A DNA stretch of 64,000 nt from Amphiscolops sp. MND2022 (Eukaryota), in NCBI GenBank assembly GCA_964187785.1, contig OZ076409.1, positions 41,728,001-41,792,000 of the forward strand, given 5' to 3'. The stretch's first letter is position 1, and every line of letters begins with the position of its first letter. The translations under genes were made by a program, and so were the position numbers. Shown piece by piece: positions 1 through 14,300 of the stretch. The notes under the pieces are model-generated. The model was not told the DNA's origin and made no database searches. It saw nothing but the letters and a program-made list of their open reading frames with translations.

Positions 1-525
1 TTGCCAGTCGGGGAAAAAGTGATTTCCCAGTCATGTCGAGAATGAAAGGCACACTTTGGGTGTCTCGAAACTGTTTTCAAAGCTTTGCCTGAGTACGTCT
101 TGGGCATATTTTAAAAACTTTGCGCTTTTTGAGCCTGATTATTTAGTACCTGATTTTGCACGCATACAAAGCCTCTAACACGAAATACAAAACCATTTCA
201 AAGCAGAAGTGCCCCTTTCCACTTTTTTCGGCAGTATGAGACTCCCCGATTTATCGGCTCTGTGAGATTTTTTTCAGAGAACTTTTCAGTGTCACCAAAT
301 GGTAAAAATCCCAAAAGGTCTTAAATAAAATCCCACAAAGGTCTAGAAGGGCCCTTCTAGATTTTTCGGCATCATCGAAAATTTCTTCCAAAGGATCCTC
401 GGAAGTTTTTATTCTAAGTAATTTGCGTTTTACTACGGAGGATGCCGTAGTTAATTTCTGTAAAAAGTGGACCTTTCAGTATGAGTCTGTGGTCTGAAAA
501 AAAGGTCAGTGTAAGAGTGGGACAT

Positions 526-1984
526 TTTTAGTTGGCGTTTTCGAAGAGAAACCCGACTCTTTACAGTGGCTAGTCTTTTCCGTCAGTTTAATGCGATCAG
601 TCCACTTTTTGTGCATTATGCACTTTTACCACATGTACTAAGTACTTCCTTTTCAACGCATCCAAAGCCTCTAACATGAGATAAGAAGCCATTCCAAAGC
701 AGAAGGGTCCCACTTTTTCGACACCGAGATTTTTCCCCTTTTTTCGGTACTGTGAGACTGTTCAAATTTCTCTTTGGAGCAATAAAAGAAATTTCGGAAA
801 TCTCGGGTGCTTCCAAAGGGGGATACCATAGTTTTAAAAGCTTTTTTCGTTACTAGTCAACTCGGAAGATTTGGGTTTACTGTTTTTTTCGGCATTGTAA
901 AACTTTTCCCGAAATTTTTTGATGGCCCCAAAGGGTCCTTCTTTGGTTATTTTGATTTTCTGCACCCAACTGAATGATATTTAAGCCGAAAGGGTCGCCT
1001 TTTTTGCGTTTTTCGGCATTATGAGACTGTTTCATCTGACTTTTGGTTTTTTCAATATATATCCACCTATATACAGTACTGTGATTAAGAAATCGTCCCC
1101 CTATGCGCTAAGCGTCGTTATCAACCAATTAGAATTGCGTATTTGCTCTCATTTTCAATTCTGATTGGCGCATCAAATGAAATTTCCGGCGCAGAAAGAA
1201 CACTTCTGCTATTTTCCCAGTTTTGGGCAGGTTTTTGAAATATTTTCCTGAAAATTTTAAATTCATCGAATTCTGCAGATTGTATAGAATTCAATGATAT
1301 ATTTTTTGTTTCAAAAACATTCTGAATGGAAAAATAATCGCAGTTCTCCTCCGCGAAACGTTCATTTCCCATCTTAATACTTGTAAATCGACGAAATTTT
1401 ACCTTTCGAGCATGATATTTCAAAAACGGTCGATAATTTTTGAAATGTAAAAATACCCATAGATTCAGTAGATTTGTGCGAGTTATTGCCGAAAAAACTG
1501 TGGATAAAACGGTCAAAAATTGGTAAAACGGAAAAACGCCCCAAATTTGCTCAAAATCAGCTAATTGTAACTTTCTGAATTTTTGTCCCAGAAAAATTTA
1601 AAAAACACTAATGTAAACTAGATGAAATTCTAAGAAACTTTTACTTATGTTTTTCAAAATTCTCAAAAGATTTCGAGAAAATCGAGCCTAAAATCGCCCC
1701 GGGTGACGTTTTCTTAATCACAGTACTGTTTCTTTTCTCAATAGTATCCGAACTTTTGATGTTATATCCGTAATAAATTTCGTTTTACTAAGGAGGAAGT
1801 GGATGTTCGAATGAAGCGCTGACATGTGGCACAGCAGCACGCTATATCCGAACTTCTGAAGCGTTTTCCAAGCACGAAAGGCACCATTTGGGCGTTTCGA
1901 AACATTTTCGTGAGTTTTTCATGAAAAAACCGTCTTTTTTTGAGCCTTAGGTATGGCACCGACATGAGACGTTTCCGTCTTGTT
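526..1984 (+). mobile_element. Helentron/HINE-like non-autonomous element, family A
   Basis: 5' TTTTAGTTGGCG; 3' GAGCCTTAGGTATGGCACCGAC-hairpin-CTTGTT; internal GGGTCCC...TTTTTCGGCA(C/T)TGTGAGACT units. Confidence 0.55.
1074..1728. mobile_element. Tc1/mariner-type MITE nested in a HINE-like repeat
   Basis: 19-bp perfect TIR CAGTACTGTGATTAAGAAA at both ends; TA on the left flank (right flank reads TT); non-coding. Confidence 0.8.
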
Positions 1985-2216
1985 ATTTCCAAAAATCTCT
2001 CCAAATACATATCATACATATCAAATACATAGCACGAAACTAAAAGTATGGCAGCTGAAATTTGCAGATGAACATCAATCATTTTGATATACTCTGGGAA
2101 CTCAACTATTACTCTTCTCTACTCTGGGAACTATTAACTTTACTTGCCCATATAGAAATACGGGCGGAAAATAAATAGTCAGAAGGCCATGTTAAGCGAG
2201 GGCGTGTCACCAAATA

Positions 2217-2321
2217 ATGACTCCAAATCAGGTGCTCACAATTTCACCTGAGGTCCCGATTCGAATGGAGCCTGTTCGGTTTCTCCTGGTTTCTCGGAGT
2301 TGGGTTGTGCTCCATATCCCT
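2217..2321 (+). CDS. CAMSAP: CAMSAP putative first coding exon
   Basis: ATG at 2217, MTPNQVLTISPEVPIRMEPVRFLLVSRSWVVLHIP, phase-0 donor GTAATC matching the next exon; only weak resemblance to CAMSAP N-termini. Confidence 0.5.
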
Positions 2322-5300
2322 GTAATCAGTTTTTTGTTAGCATTTTATTTCCTGTAGATGTCATTCTTGTCAGAATTTTTGTTTAGAACCGAGGTAGCAA
2401 TCGACAGAGCTTTCTTGCGCCACCAGGATTTCTCAGCTGCCTAGTCAAAGCTGCAATCTACAAAGCTGTTGTTGAAGAAACATTGCCTTTTTCAATAGAC
2501 TGCGGCATCGACATTGATGACGACGAATTCACTGTCACTTTTTTCACTACTCTGCTAGATACGTTAGCTGAAAATGGAATTTGCCTGCCTTCTATCGATG
2601 CTGCTTTGCTATCACGAAATCAAATTGACCTGGCGAGTATACAATATCTTAATATTAACAGTTAATTTTAAGCGAATAGTTTTTTATGTAGATGTTTTTT
2701 CAGGAATCACATTGTGCTCTCACCAAAGCTATCATGCAAATCAACATGCGCAGTATTTTCTCTAATGACATGGTGCCAAACTTCAGGTTTGCTTTTACTC
2801 AAATCCATTTAGCAGTTGAACCAATGTCTGACCCACTATTAGTTATTAGTTTGCTGTTTCTGTTGGAAAATAGCTATCCGCTATTGTTTTGGTAATTCAC
2901 CTATCGCTATACCAATCGTTATTTCATTTCTCAGTATTTTTGCTAAGAAAACTAGATAGCAAACAGACTATTCGACATTTCGTTAGTTTGCTTGTTTTGC
3001 ACATAAATGTTTCAAAAATTTGAAGTACCAAAACTGACTCAAAACTTTCCGTTCAAAAGGTACCGTCTAAACTTAAGTGTCGGCAATTTTGCCTGCACTC
3101 ACGCAGGTAGCTATTGGATGCAAAATCGATTTTCAGCTAGGGAATGATATTTGGTTTCCCTATCGCTGTCACACCTCTGAGCTCAATTTTCGATTTAAAA
3201 AAATATGGAGAAATGATCGAATAACGAATAACATATATACTTACCAAAATGTAAAGATTTTCAGTCAGTTGCTTACATATGCAAAAATCACCTCAGTGTT
3301 TGACTTTGGTGTCAAGATTTAGGGGTGAAATAAACGTTCACCAAAAAACGGTCACGTGTGTTTCAGATCAAACATATCCCAACAAGGTTCTCTGGTGTCT
3401 TGGGCAGACGTTGAGTGCACTCTCACGTCTTGGCTGAATGAGATAATCAAACAAGTTAACGAGTATGTGAAACGTAATCCTGTCTCTTCTAAAGACGATC
3501 CCCTTCTGCGTGTGGAGGGGGTCACGTCTTCCCTTGACCTCTCTTCGTCGGGGTCACACGTGCGCTCTAGATGGGAGTGCCCCGTTCCTCTCGTCGATGA
3601 TATTTATCAGGATATCTCTGACGGGCAATGTCTTGCAGCTATATTTGCTTTCTACTTTCCCCATCTTCTCACGCCCCACGGTTTGTGTTTTCAATGAAGC
3701 TGACACGATCCGTTATATCTTTGAGGGCTTACTTTTTTGCGAATTCCTGATTTTGAAAATAATGCTAGAATATCTTTTGGGTTCTACGAAAGTGCTTTCA
3801 TTTCTGAATGTATATCATTTGCTGACTTCATAGAAATATGTTTGGTCTGTTTGAAACTTGTAAAAAGACGCCCACTGACCAGCCGGATATTTTCCGCCCC
3901 AAACTTATACTACGACATGATACTCAATAGTAGGCTCAAAAGTAGTCAATGCACTATGAAAATGCCTAGACGTTTGAGGGAATGAAAGTTTTGACACGTT
4001 TTGAATCATTTTATTCCATTTTTAATGGAAACGCCTGATTTTAGAATGCACTATGTGCCAAATTGTTTTGTTGTTGAACTAAGTGAATACAGTACCAATT
4101 CTACCAATATACCTATAGTACCTATATAAACAAAAAGTCTTCAAAAATTGGAAACCTTTAATATTTTCGACTACTTTGGACCATTTTGATACGCTTTTTG
4201 AACACGAAACTGCACATATCTCTTCCAAAATACCTACTGGATACCGGGTTCAGTCGATGGTGAATGTTCTCGATGTGAGAAAATTTGCATGGAAACGTCT
4301 TTGCACGAACCCTTTTGGAATTTTAGATGTATTTCGGAGTTTTTTCTACCCGGAAGACTGCAAAATTTTATTTTCCTTCAAAAGACGTACTCCGTGGGTA
4401 CTTTTTTGTTCGGAGCCTAATGAATAATAAATATTAGACAAAGTGGTCGGAAAAATTACATTTTCAAGGTATTTTTTAATTTGTAATTTTTTTGCAGTAG
4501 CGCAAATACTTTCCGAAACCCATACTGTATAGCTACTTGTTCGACTCTGAGCCAATGTTTTTTTCAAATTTTGGAAAACATTCGGAAAAAGCCCAAAATT
4601 GGGAGTATGTGGTCGATAGATGAGAAACTTCGGAATTTCTTGTTGCTTTTTCAAATTCGAGGAACTTCGTCCCATTTTCTTTCCCAATTAGTGTTTTGAA
4701 TAACCTTTTATTTCAACGTTCGGGTCAATGGTACCTCATTTATTACTCTTAAAAATTCGAGAAATGGACACAAAATGGCACTACCTTGACAAAGAAACTA
4801 TTTTTTTGCCATTTTGGCTTATGGGGGTTCTTAAGACCGAGTCTACTAAGAAATCGTTTTTTACATTCAGAAACGACTACTTGATAGCGGGCTCAGACGT
4901 TGTTGAGTTTTTAAACTATTGTATACCACGAGTTTACAAAAAATCTGCAATAACCTCAAAACTTGAAACTTTTTTTGAATATTTTGGGTCATTCTGAGGT
5001 AACTCTTCCATAAAACTGCAAACATCTCTTCTAAAAGCGTGCTGCGAATCTTGTTTCGTCTGGATCTTTTTGACGCTTTTAACCAACTTTTCTAATTTTA
5101 AATGGAAACAAGCCGGGAACGGCAGAAGTCGGCTCATTATCGGAGGCTCAAACAGAGCAAAAGTACTTCAAAGTGTCTGCACCAAGGGGGGAAACTTGGG
5201 AGGCCTTAAAAATTTTTCGCCAAGTCTCACAATGCCGAAAAAAACTGAAAGGGGGTCCATTCGGGATTTTTCAACATCCACTCTGTCACAAACCATCAAA

Positions 5301-8300
5301 AAATTGAAGGGGGATCCTTTGATGAAAAAATTTTCGAAAAAAGTCTCAATGCCGAAAAAAACTGAAAGGGCGACCCTTTGGTCGCACCCCGTAATGTATT
5401 TTACGCGGAAGAGAAACCTTTTGGTTCAGTTCTCTGGGCCAAATGGTTCTATTTGACACCATAAAATTCGGTAGAACTTTTAAGAACTATTTTGGTGAGT
5501 TCGTGTGGATTGGAAAAAAAGTTTAAAAAAGAGTCACTATAATAGTGGCGTTTCACTTCATGAAGCGCCCACTAAAAATCACTTAATATTAATAAAAATG
5601 GGAAAATTTCGACATATTTGACTAATTTGGTGTCATTTTGAGACACTTGTTACAAGAAACTGTATTTTTCTCCAATTTTTGTCTCATTCATCCTGAAGAC
5701 CCATAAAAACTCTCGGAAGTTGTACACACTTTTTATGAAAAACGACAAAGACTGGAAAATTTTCGGTTTTTTTTGTCATTTTCGGGTCAAATTGAGGCGT
5801 TTTTAGTCGGCGCTTCATGGAGTGAAACGCGACTATTTTTTCTACCTAATTGTGACTTTTTTCTACCCACACGAAATGACCAAAATAGTTCTTAAAAGTT
5901 CTACAAAATATTATTGCACCAAATTGCACCATTTGGCCTAGCGAACTGAACCAAAAAGGTTTTTCCGCGTAACATACCATACCGGGCGAGACCAAAGGGG
6001 GTCCCCTTCCAATTTTTTTTGGCACTGCGAGACTTTTTTTCGGAATTTTTTCCTCAAAGGGTCCCCCTTCGTTTTTTTGCTGTTTTGCGTCAGAATGGAT
6101 GTTGGAAAATCCCAGAGGGTCCCTCCTTTCAGTTTTTTTCGGCACTGTGTGATTTTTTCCGAAAATAAAACTTTTTCCCTCTTCAATTTTTTGCTGTTTT
6201 GCGTCAGAATGGATGTTGGAAAATCCTAAAGGGTCCCCCTTTCAGTTTTTTTTCGGCACTGAGAGATTTTTTCCGAAAATAAAATTTTTCCCCCTTCAAT
6301 TTTTTGATGTTTTGCGACAGAATGGATGTTGTAAAACCCCAAAGGGTCCCCCTTTCAGTTTTTCGGCATTGTGAGACTTTTTTTCTGATTTTTTTTCTCT
6401 CCAAAGGGTCCCCCTTTCAATTTCTTTGATATTTTACAACATATTGGGTGTTTAAAAATCCCAAAGGGTCACTCCTTTCAGTTTTTTGGCAGTTAGACTT
6501 TTTACGAAAATTTGTTTTTTCTCCCTTTCAACTGCGACAAAAATGTTGACACTTTCGGAAGTTTCCCTCTTTTAGCGCGCCAGGGTCTCGCGCCAGCGGG
6601 CCCCGGCGCGCCACTCGGTCCATTTTTTTGCTTTTTGATTTTCGAGTACTGTAAATTGACTCTAGGAAGTCCTTTTGCTATTTTTGAGCCTTGGATATGG
6701 CGCAGACTTGGGCCGGTCCCGGCTTGTTCTATCAAACAAATGCATTTATCTCAAAAAATCCATTGAACGAAGAATTTTTTCTGATACAACGTTTTCACTT
6801 TCGTGTCTCGGAAATTTGATAAAAAATGCAAAAAAAAACGTCAAGAAATCTGAATTTTTGGTGATTTCATTAGGAATTTGAGGCATTTTCTATGAAACAA
6901 TGCAATTATCTCTTCACTGAAGTCTACTGGATAACGAATTCTTTTCTTGCTGAACGTTTTCACGTAGTTCACGAATTTTAACGACAAATTTCATGATAAC
7001 TTCTGTTTAAAAACTGCATTTATATTTTCAAAAAAGCTTCCTGGACAACTGTCGAAAATTTGAATGAAATTGTTCAAAAAACTTGAAACTATTCGAATTT
7101 TGGTCAGTTTCGGTCTAAATTTGAGGCATGCTTCTGTTAAAAAACTGCATTTTCTTCTAAGAAGCGTCCTGACAACGAATTCTTACGTTAATGTTGTCAA
7201 CATTCTAAGCAATTGTGTTGAAAATTAGACAAAAATTGCAAAAAAAACTTTGAAATTGGAAAATTTTGCTAACTAGATTTACGTCATTCGAATTCTATGG
7301 GTGAAACCCTTTAACTTGGATATGAATTTGGAACATGGCAAATTTTGGGGGAAAAACGCGGCTGTTTCAGATATCTTAATTTCCCATATGAAATATGGGC
7401 AGAAGATGAAAATTGTTGCACCTTTTTTTTCTATTTTTACGATTTTGAGTTTTTTTAAACTCTGAATATATCAGCGGTGTATTTGCTATAGAATGAACTT
7501 GACGTTTTACAACATTAATTTCATTGAAAATTGAGATATGGGTAGCTGATTTTTTTTCATATATCCGTAGAGATTTATTGTTATATTGTAAAAAAAAAAC
7601 ATTGTAAGATGTGGTATTCTACAACCTTGGTAATCAGTAATCTCTTACTGTGTATCTACTAAATCTTACCATAGAAGGCAGTCTCCAAATGGATTTATAC
7701 TTATTTTTTAATTGATGTGTAATATTGAATCAACATCAGACGCTTCCATTCTCATGAGATTTGTTCGTAATGAACAATTTCGTTCAAGTGTTCGTCAAAA
7801 TGTTTTGTTTCGTGTTTAGGCTATGTGTTTGTTTGATGTTTCAGAAATCCGCGTGAAGAGTTTAATGGGATTTTCCGACTGCCTGCACAATTTATCCATC
7901 GTGATCCATTTCTGCACAACCGACGCCCTCGTCCATTACTGTCCAGGCATGTGCAATTTATGAGCTTTTTTCCATAAAATTTATTTTCCAGTTCCCACTT
8001 CTACTTGAAGAATTTTACCGAATGATGAATTAGTTTGGCTTCATTTTAAAAATCTAATAGTGAGACTACTCTCAAGTATTCATATATGCCTCAATGGTTG
8101 GAGTTTATCTGAAGTATTTTCGTTATTGTCACAGATGACCTATTCTCAATTTGGGGTTTAAACTTTCCTGAATTTCGTAAACATGAAATATTTCACTTCA
8201 AGAGCATCTTTTATGGTATGCCAAATCTGTCTCCATTGAAAATTTATTATTGATTCAATATATCGAAATATTTTCTGGCAATAAACAATGATAAGTTATT

Positions 8301-11300
8301 TCATACAATACATTTATTTCGAGTTCATGTATATATTTATTCGGTAAGTCCTTTTTGCTAGCAGTTGTCAAAAATTCAAAATTGCGAGTAAATTCAATGG
8401 AAATTACTTGAAGACCGAAAACTCATTCAAGTTGCTTTTGAATTGTAAGTAATTCTTATCGAGTGAAACATGCCTATATCGAGAAGTTTAGCTTCAAAAT
8501 TTCAGAGAAGATCATTACACTATTCGGCAAAACTAAAAACAAAGCGTGTCTCGGAGAGAAAGTGCTGATCTCTTGATTGTTTAAACACAATAATGTAGTA
8601 TGACTGTATCCCTGCTTAGTTTTCCGACTTATTCTAATATCAGTATTTCATCTGACGAATAAAGATGATGATGCCTATATATTAATTTAATATCACGTCT
8701 GCTGAAGCTGGAATATTATTGAAACCTGTTATATGCAACTTTTCTGGTGCGTATAACAGTTGTTCGGAAGATTGTATTGCTGCATGAAGTTTTCCTCGTT
8801 ATCAGATTTTGGATTGAGGAACATTTTGTAATGTATTTCAGGGATGGCCGATTTAAATCGACGATTTAAATCAATGATTTAAATCATGATTTAAATAGAT
8901 TTTTTTTGGGTGTTATTCGATTTAAATCAAATTGGTTTTAAACCACACCGTTCAAACCAGCGCTAATTACCAATCCGACCGGCATTGTTTGATCCACAGC
9001 AAGCAACAAAACCGACTGAGAGCTTCTCTTCTGTTTTAAAGTTCTAAACAGTTCTTAAAAACACCTTTTAATTAAATTTGATTTTAAATTGGATTTAATT
9101 TTAAACATTTTTTGGTTAACAATTATCGGCCAAATAGTCCATTTTGTTTCACCACCGCACTAAGGGTAAGGGGTGGTCTGGGGTCCACCAAGTCTTTTTT
9201 AAAAGTCGGGAAAAATCATGATCTAAATCACGAATCCGGATTTAAATCAATTAAATCCGATTTGTCTGTTCTAAATGAATAAAAATCAAAATTTGACCAA
9301 CCCTGGTATTTCACATGTCTGTGGCTATTTAGACATCAGCAAACTGTGGCTGCTCTCCACAGAAGAGATCATTTACTCCAACTGGACCTTGCGAGCCCAC
9401 GTTATCAATGCATTGGTTCTACTCTACGTCAACCTGCGCAGCCTACCCCTCTCGGAGACATTGATGCATAAGGGCACCACCACATTGGTGGACCACAATT
9501 CAAAAAACGATGTCACCTCTAAGCAGTCCAATTACACAGATTTATCTCATGGCGTAACGAGTGAGTACCATATTGGTTTGAGTTGAAATGCTACCTTGAA
9601 CAGTTGAGGTTCTTAAGCGTTCAGTATAATTCTGAGAGGTTGTTAGATGTTTAATAAGGCAACCATGGTAAGTCTTAGATTTTTACCGGGGCTGAAAATA
9701 GCATAGAAACTCTTGAAAAACATGTGATTGTGTTTATTCAAATCTTTCTTGACTCAGTGGATGCTTCAAGGAACAATATTTCATGCAACAAAAAGTTTGG
9801 GTCATGCTTAAAAGATGTTTCTCGACAATAAGAATAACATGTTGGACTCATGAGTGTTCGTCTCGAATTCGATAAAGCTCGAAAACTATTTTTATTTTAA
9901 CAAGAATTATTTGATTTGTGAAAAACATGTTTTTTGAAAAAAACTAATAGTTCAATAATGAGGAAGCACTGATTTTTACTCGAGTCAAAGTCTGGAAACT
10001 TTTCGACTCCAGACGACTTAGTCTGATGTCCCTTTTTTGAGGGGACTCTGATTTATTGACACAATACACGGAATACTCGATCCAAATGATTTGTTTGTGT
10101 CTCCTTTAGCGACGCTTGCAAAGTGCTTGTTCATTGTGACATCTAAACCCATAGCCGTGCAATACTAATACATTCCCTCGAATTTTTTGTGCATACTTTT
10201 CATATGGCATGATCTAATCCTGTTTCATGTGTAAGGTGCCATTGAAGAATGACAGAATGTTTTGGTTTGCTAGACATTTTAGAGCCGTTTGAAGGCGAGT
10301 TGGTTTGCTGGGGACTTTTCTTTGCAGTTTAGCAAACAGTGCGATTCAACAGATTGTTGATATGCTTTTACCGCTTTTAGTAGATTCCGTTTTGGGGAAG
10401 ATCCAACTCGATATTTTGCACGCTCTTTTCAACGTTTGACGAGACGACACATTCGGTGGCTGCGTTTCATTAACTTGCATTACAATAACTCAGTACATTC
10501 CTTCGGCACTGGCCTTACCATTCAAATAAAACTATTCTCACCAAAACGCCACCAACTACGCATCAAACGAAGTGCAGTCTGTGGATACGAGCCACATGTG
10601 TTGCTCATTCATCCAGGAGCCTATAATTCATATACAAAAGTATATATCAAACATGCTTTATTGAAAAATTTTGCACAATGCTACCGCAAATCGTTTTTAC
10701 CATGGAGATGTTATAGAATGGTAATAACATACAACTTTGCTGATTCTTGGTTGAATATTTTGCATGCAAATATGTTTGTGTTATGCCTCCTTAGAGGCAT
10801 AGAGGACAGAAGTGTAAGTTTTTCAAGTGCGTTTAAAATAAATTGAGATATTGCACATGATGTGTAATAGCAAAGGAGCGACAGCTTGACTTTAGCGTGC
10901 CATGTCTTTAGAGCAATGTAGTTGCATTCAACGTAACAGCCTCCTCGGAGCGATAGTTTCATCAAAGTTAGCCAACAAATTTGATGTCATGGACGGATAT
11001 TTTCTAGTTATCATCTTACTGTTGAATATCACTAATCTCATTACTTGTCTTATTTTGTTTAGGCGACGAAGGTAACCTTATTGACCGTAGATTCGAGAGA
11101 GATTGCGACGATGGAGAAACGCGCTCTAATTCTAATAACAGCAATGACAACTTGAAAGAGTAAGTAGCGCAATTCCATTTTGAAAATTTGACGTGATGAT
11201 AATTCGACAGTTGGTCATTGTGACAACTTATCGATTCGTGTTTTTAAAATTTACAACTTTTTTTAGTGTTGTTTGATTTTTGGGGGTTCTCGGGAATTGA

Positions 11301-14300
11301 GGCGACCAATTTTTGCAGATGACAATTATTAATTTCTGTTGTGTAATTTTAGTTTAAATTAATTTTTGTTTTAGAACATCTTCAATGTGCTCCCGTTATT
11401 CTAGCAGACGTGAGTATTGCCTTATTGTGAGTTAGTTTTCAAGGGTTTTTTTAGGATGGGTGATTGAAATTTCCTATTTCCAGGAAATTCTTCTCTCGAT
11501 CCAGCTGGGGATGCTCTTGTGGAACTAGAAGCTCGATGGAGACCCAAATCATCGTCGTCGAATCAGCAGTTGGAACCACATCGTGAGAAATCTCATCATG
11601 ATGACACCACTATCGCCGAAATTGAGCCTCGCAACACTTTGCCAAAATACAAGAATTGCAATCAGTCCTCTAACTTCGATCGAGTCAGTGTAAGGAGTGG
11701 GCGAGACCCTTCTGAAGACTCAGCGATTGGAACATTGAGTACAAACTCCGAAGCCGGTTATTCTCATAATTCAGACGTGCCTAGAAGACGTCCTAAACAA
11801 AGCCAAGTAGTAGACGACCGACCTATTTCAAGGCCTTGTTCGTTTACAGTGGATATTGCCTCTAGTCCAGGGTCCAGCGAAATGGCGGAATCAAACTACA
11901 ACAAAACTTACTCTAGAAAGACTTCTAGAAGTGGGCAGCAGAGGATGTCGATTCAAAATATTCTAGATAGTCCTCTGGGTTCTGGCATGGAACCTGCAGG
12001 GACTGTCAAGCCTTTGTCGGCCATGAAAAATGAAAATCCAGTGTCTAATTTCCCTCCTAAGCCATCTCGAACGGGCAATCCTTTTGTGCAATCTCAGCAG
12101 CCACAGACTAAGTGCCGGCCCAAAAGTGCAATAGGAGAAAGGGTCAATTCCCAAGTTATGCTATACTCGGAAGACTCAGATGAAGAGCCTATATCGGAAC
12201 CCGAGAGTGTGATGGGGCGTAAATCAAGTTTGCCCCACGGAGCAACTAGTAACGGGAAAATGAATGCAATTAAAATGAAGATGGAGGAAAAACGGAAGAA
12301 CATTCAAATTGAGCGGGCCAGATTGGAGGCCGCAAGACAGAAACAAAGACAGAAAATGAGCAAAACAGCTTTCATGAGAGTAATGCGAAACCCAGATTCT
12401 GATAAGTCGGGACTGGAAGATTACGGATCTGCACATGCTGTTAGCGATGATGAACGGAGTTTGACCGATCAAAGTTTGACGGATGCTACTTTTGGTGACA
12501 ATCGAGCAAGGAGAACTATGAGTGAGAAGATTACAAATAATGAGCGCAGAGGAAGAGCGAAGAGCATTCATCTTGAAAACTTTGACCCAAATGCTCCTGA
12601 CAGGGTGTCTCGGCAAATGCAGGATGTGCAAACGTCAACCAACTTTTCCAGACAACATTCAGAACAGCAGAAGCATCCCGGTCGATTTTCAAGCAGGCCC
12701 AACAGCGTGCATGAGAGGTTAGAGATTTGTCTTCTGTTGAAGGTAATCTCTTGGATTCTTTTCGCTTGTTGGCTTGGTAGTTCGGCGAAATTAATAATTT
12801 TTTAAACATCTGTTGAACAGCTCGTTTACTGAAAACAAGACAAGAATGTCCTAAAACCTTAAGCCTCAAAAAGCGCAGTCTCAAATATGCTCACGCAAAT
12901 TCTCATGAAAATGAGATCGAAAAATCCAAAATGGACATCGTGTGGCCTCAAAAATGGTTTTCTTTGAGTCATCCAAAAATACCAATTTTGTGAAAAAAAA
13001 CTTGAAATAAATTAGACTCGTAAAACAACTTTTCCGCATTTAAAACGGTGTGAAACCCCAAGAGGGACCCTTTGATCAAATGAAAAAGTCGCTAAGTGCC
13101 AAAAAATCTTAATGGTTGGACCCTTTGCTTCTTAATATGAAGTCATTCCTCACGATAGTATGAAGTCACTGAAAAAGATGAACAAATTGAACAAAAAAGC
13201 AAGTTGAATGAACAACGACTTGCTTTTTGTTTTTGTTTTAGGGATATAAGGGGTATGAGAGATTTTGAATGGTCTGGTGGATTGGAGTCCAATCAGAACA
13301 CACTTAAAAGAAACAAACCAGTTCAAATGCGCCCTTTGACCAGATTAAGCGACAGTGAATACTCAGAGTTTGATCAACGACCTTTAACCATCCCTAATTA
13401 TGCTTCGAGCTCCGTTGATTTGAGAAACTCCTTGGAACGAGACATGCTCATAGAACAAAACCACCTACTGGCACGTGAGCTAGAAACACTCAAGTTAGTT
13501 TTTCAACTTTCTATTTTCCGCCCATACCGTATTTCTTCGAATACAGGCCGCGGCTTGTACGTTTTTTCCGTAGTGATTTCGCGGCCTATATCCGCAGAAA
13601 TATGGTTAGCTATGGCTTTTAAGATAAAATTTTCAGGCTCAATGCGGCTTCTAATCGGGGGCGACTTCTATTCGAAGAAATACGGTATTCCGTATGGGAA
13701 GGAAAATATTTAAATCAAACGGTTTTTTTAAAAATAAAATTTGCCAAGCACCAAATTTATATTCAACTTGAAGAGCGTTACCCATAAAACTCAACTCGCA
13801 TAAATTTAGCTTCGTGCGAAATGTATTTGTGGAGATTTCTGGACTTTTTTGGTTGACCCCAGAATGACCCAAAAATGAGAAATTTTGCAAAACTTTCCTG
13901 TTTTTGACATTTTAATGCAGTTTTTGTCAATTTTTCGATAGATATCGTGGATTAGAATGTGAAAACGCTCAACAGGGCACGAATTCGTTGTCCAGTGAGC
14001 TTTTCCAAGGAGATAATGGCTGTTTTTTAATTGAAAAAGATTCAAAGTCACACCGAAAATGACAAAGAACTCAAAATTTTCCAATTTCAAAGTTTTAATG
14101 CACTTTCTAGTCAAATTTTTGACACATTTCGTGGATGGGAATGTTGAAAAGGGTCAACAACGAAAGAATTCGTCGTCCAGTAGTCTTTTCTGGAGATAAT
14201 TGCAGTTTTCTTCATGAAAAATGTCTCAAATTGACACCGAAAATGACAAAAAACCCCAAAATTTCTAATTTTCAAAGTTTTTGGGCGTTTCTCCCCAAAT

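Larger units (their letters stand above)
3862..7407 (-). mobile_element. Helentron/HINE-like element, family B, in CAMSAP intron 4
   Basis: Left end AAAAGACGCCC...ATTTTCCGCCCC and right end ATATGGGCAGAA are the reverse complements of the ends of 13512-16269; two family A copies nested inside. Confidence 0.6.

Noticed and set aside
2189..2251. ATG at 2189 as the CAMSAP start
   Set aside because: The frame closes after 20 codons (TGA) and lacks a phase-compatible strong donor; could be a uORF
5070..6881. Short ORFs with MPKKTER / KGGPF motifs
   Set aside because: Translations of tandem units in non-coding HINE-like repeats
10384..10846. Additional CAMSAP exon or nested gene in intron 6
   Set aside because: Not needed for phase, no recognisable homology and no convincing donor; an alternative exon cannot be excluded
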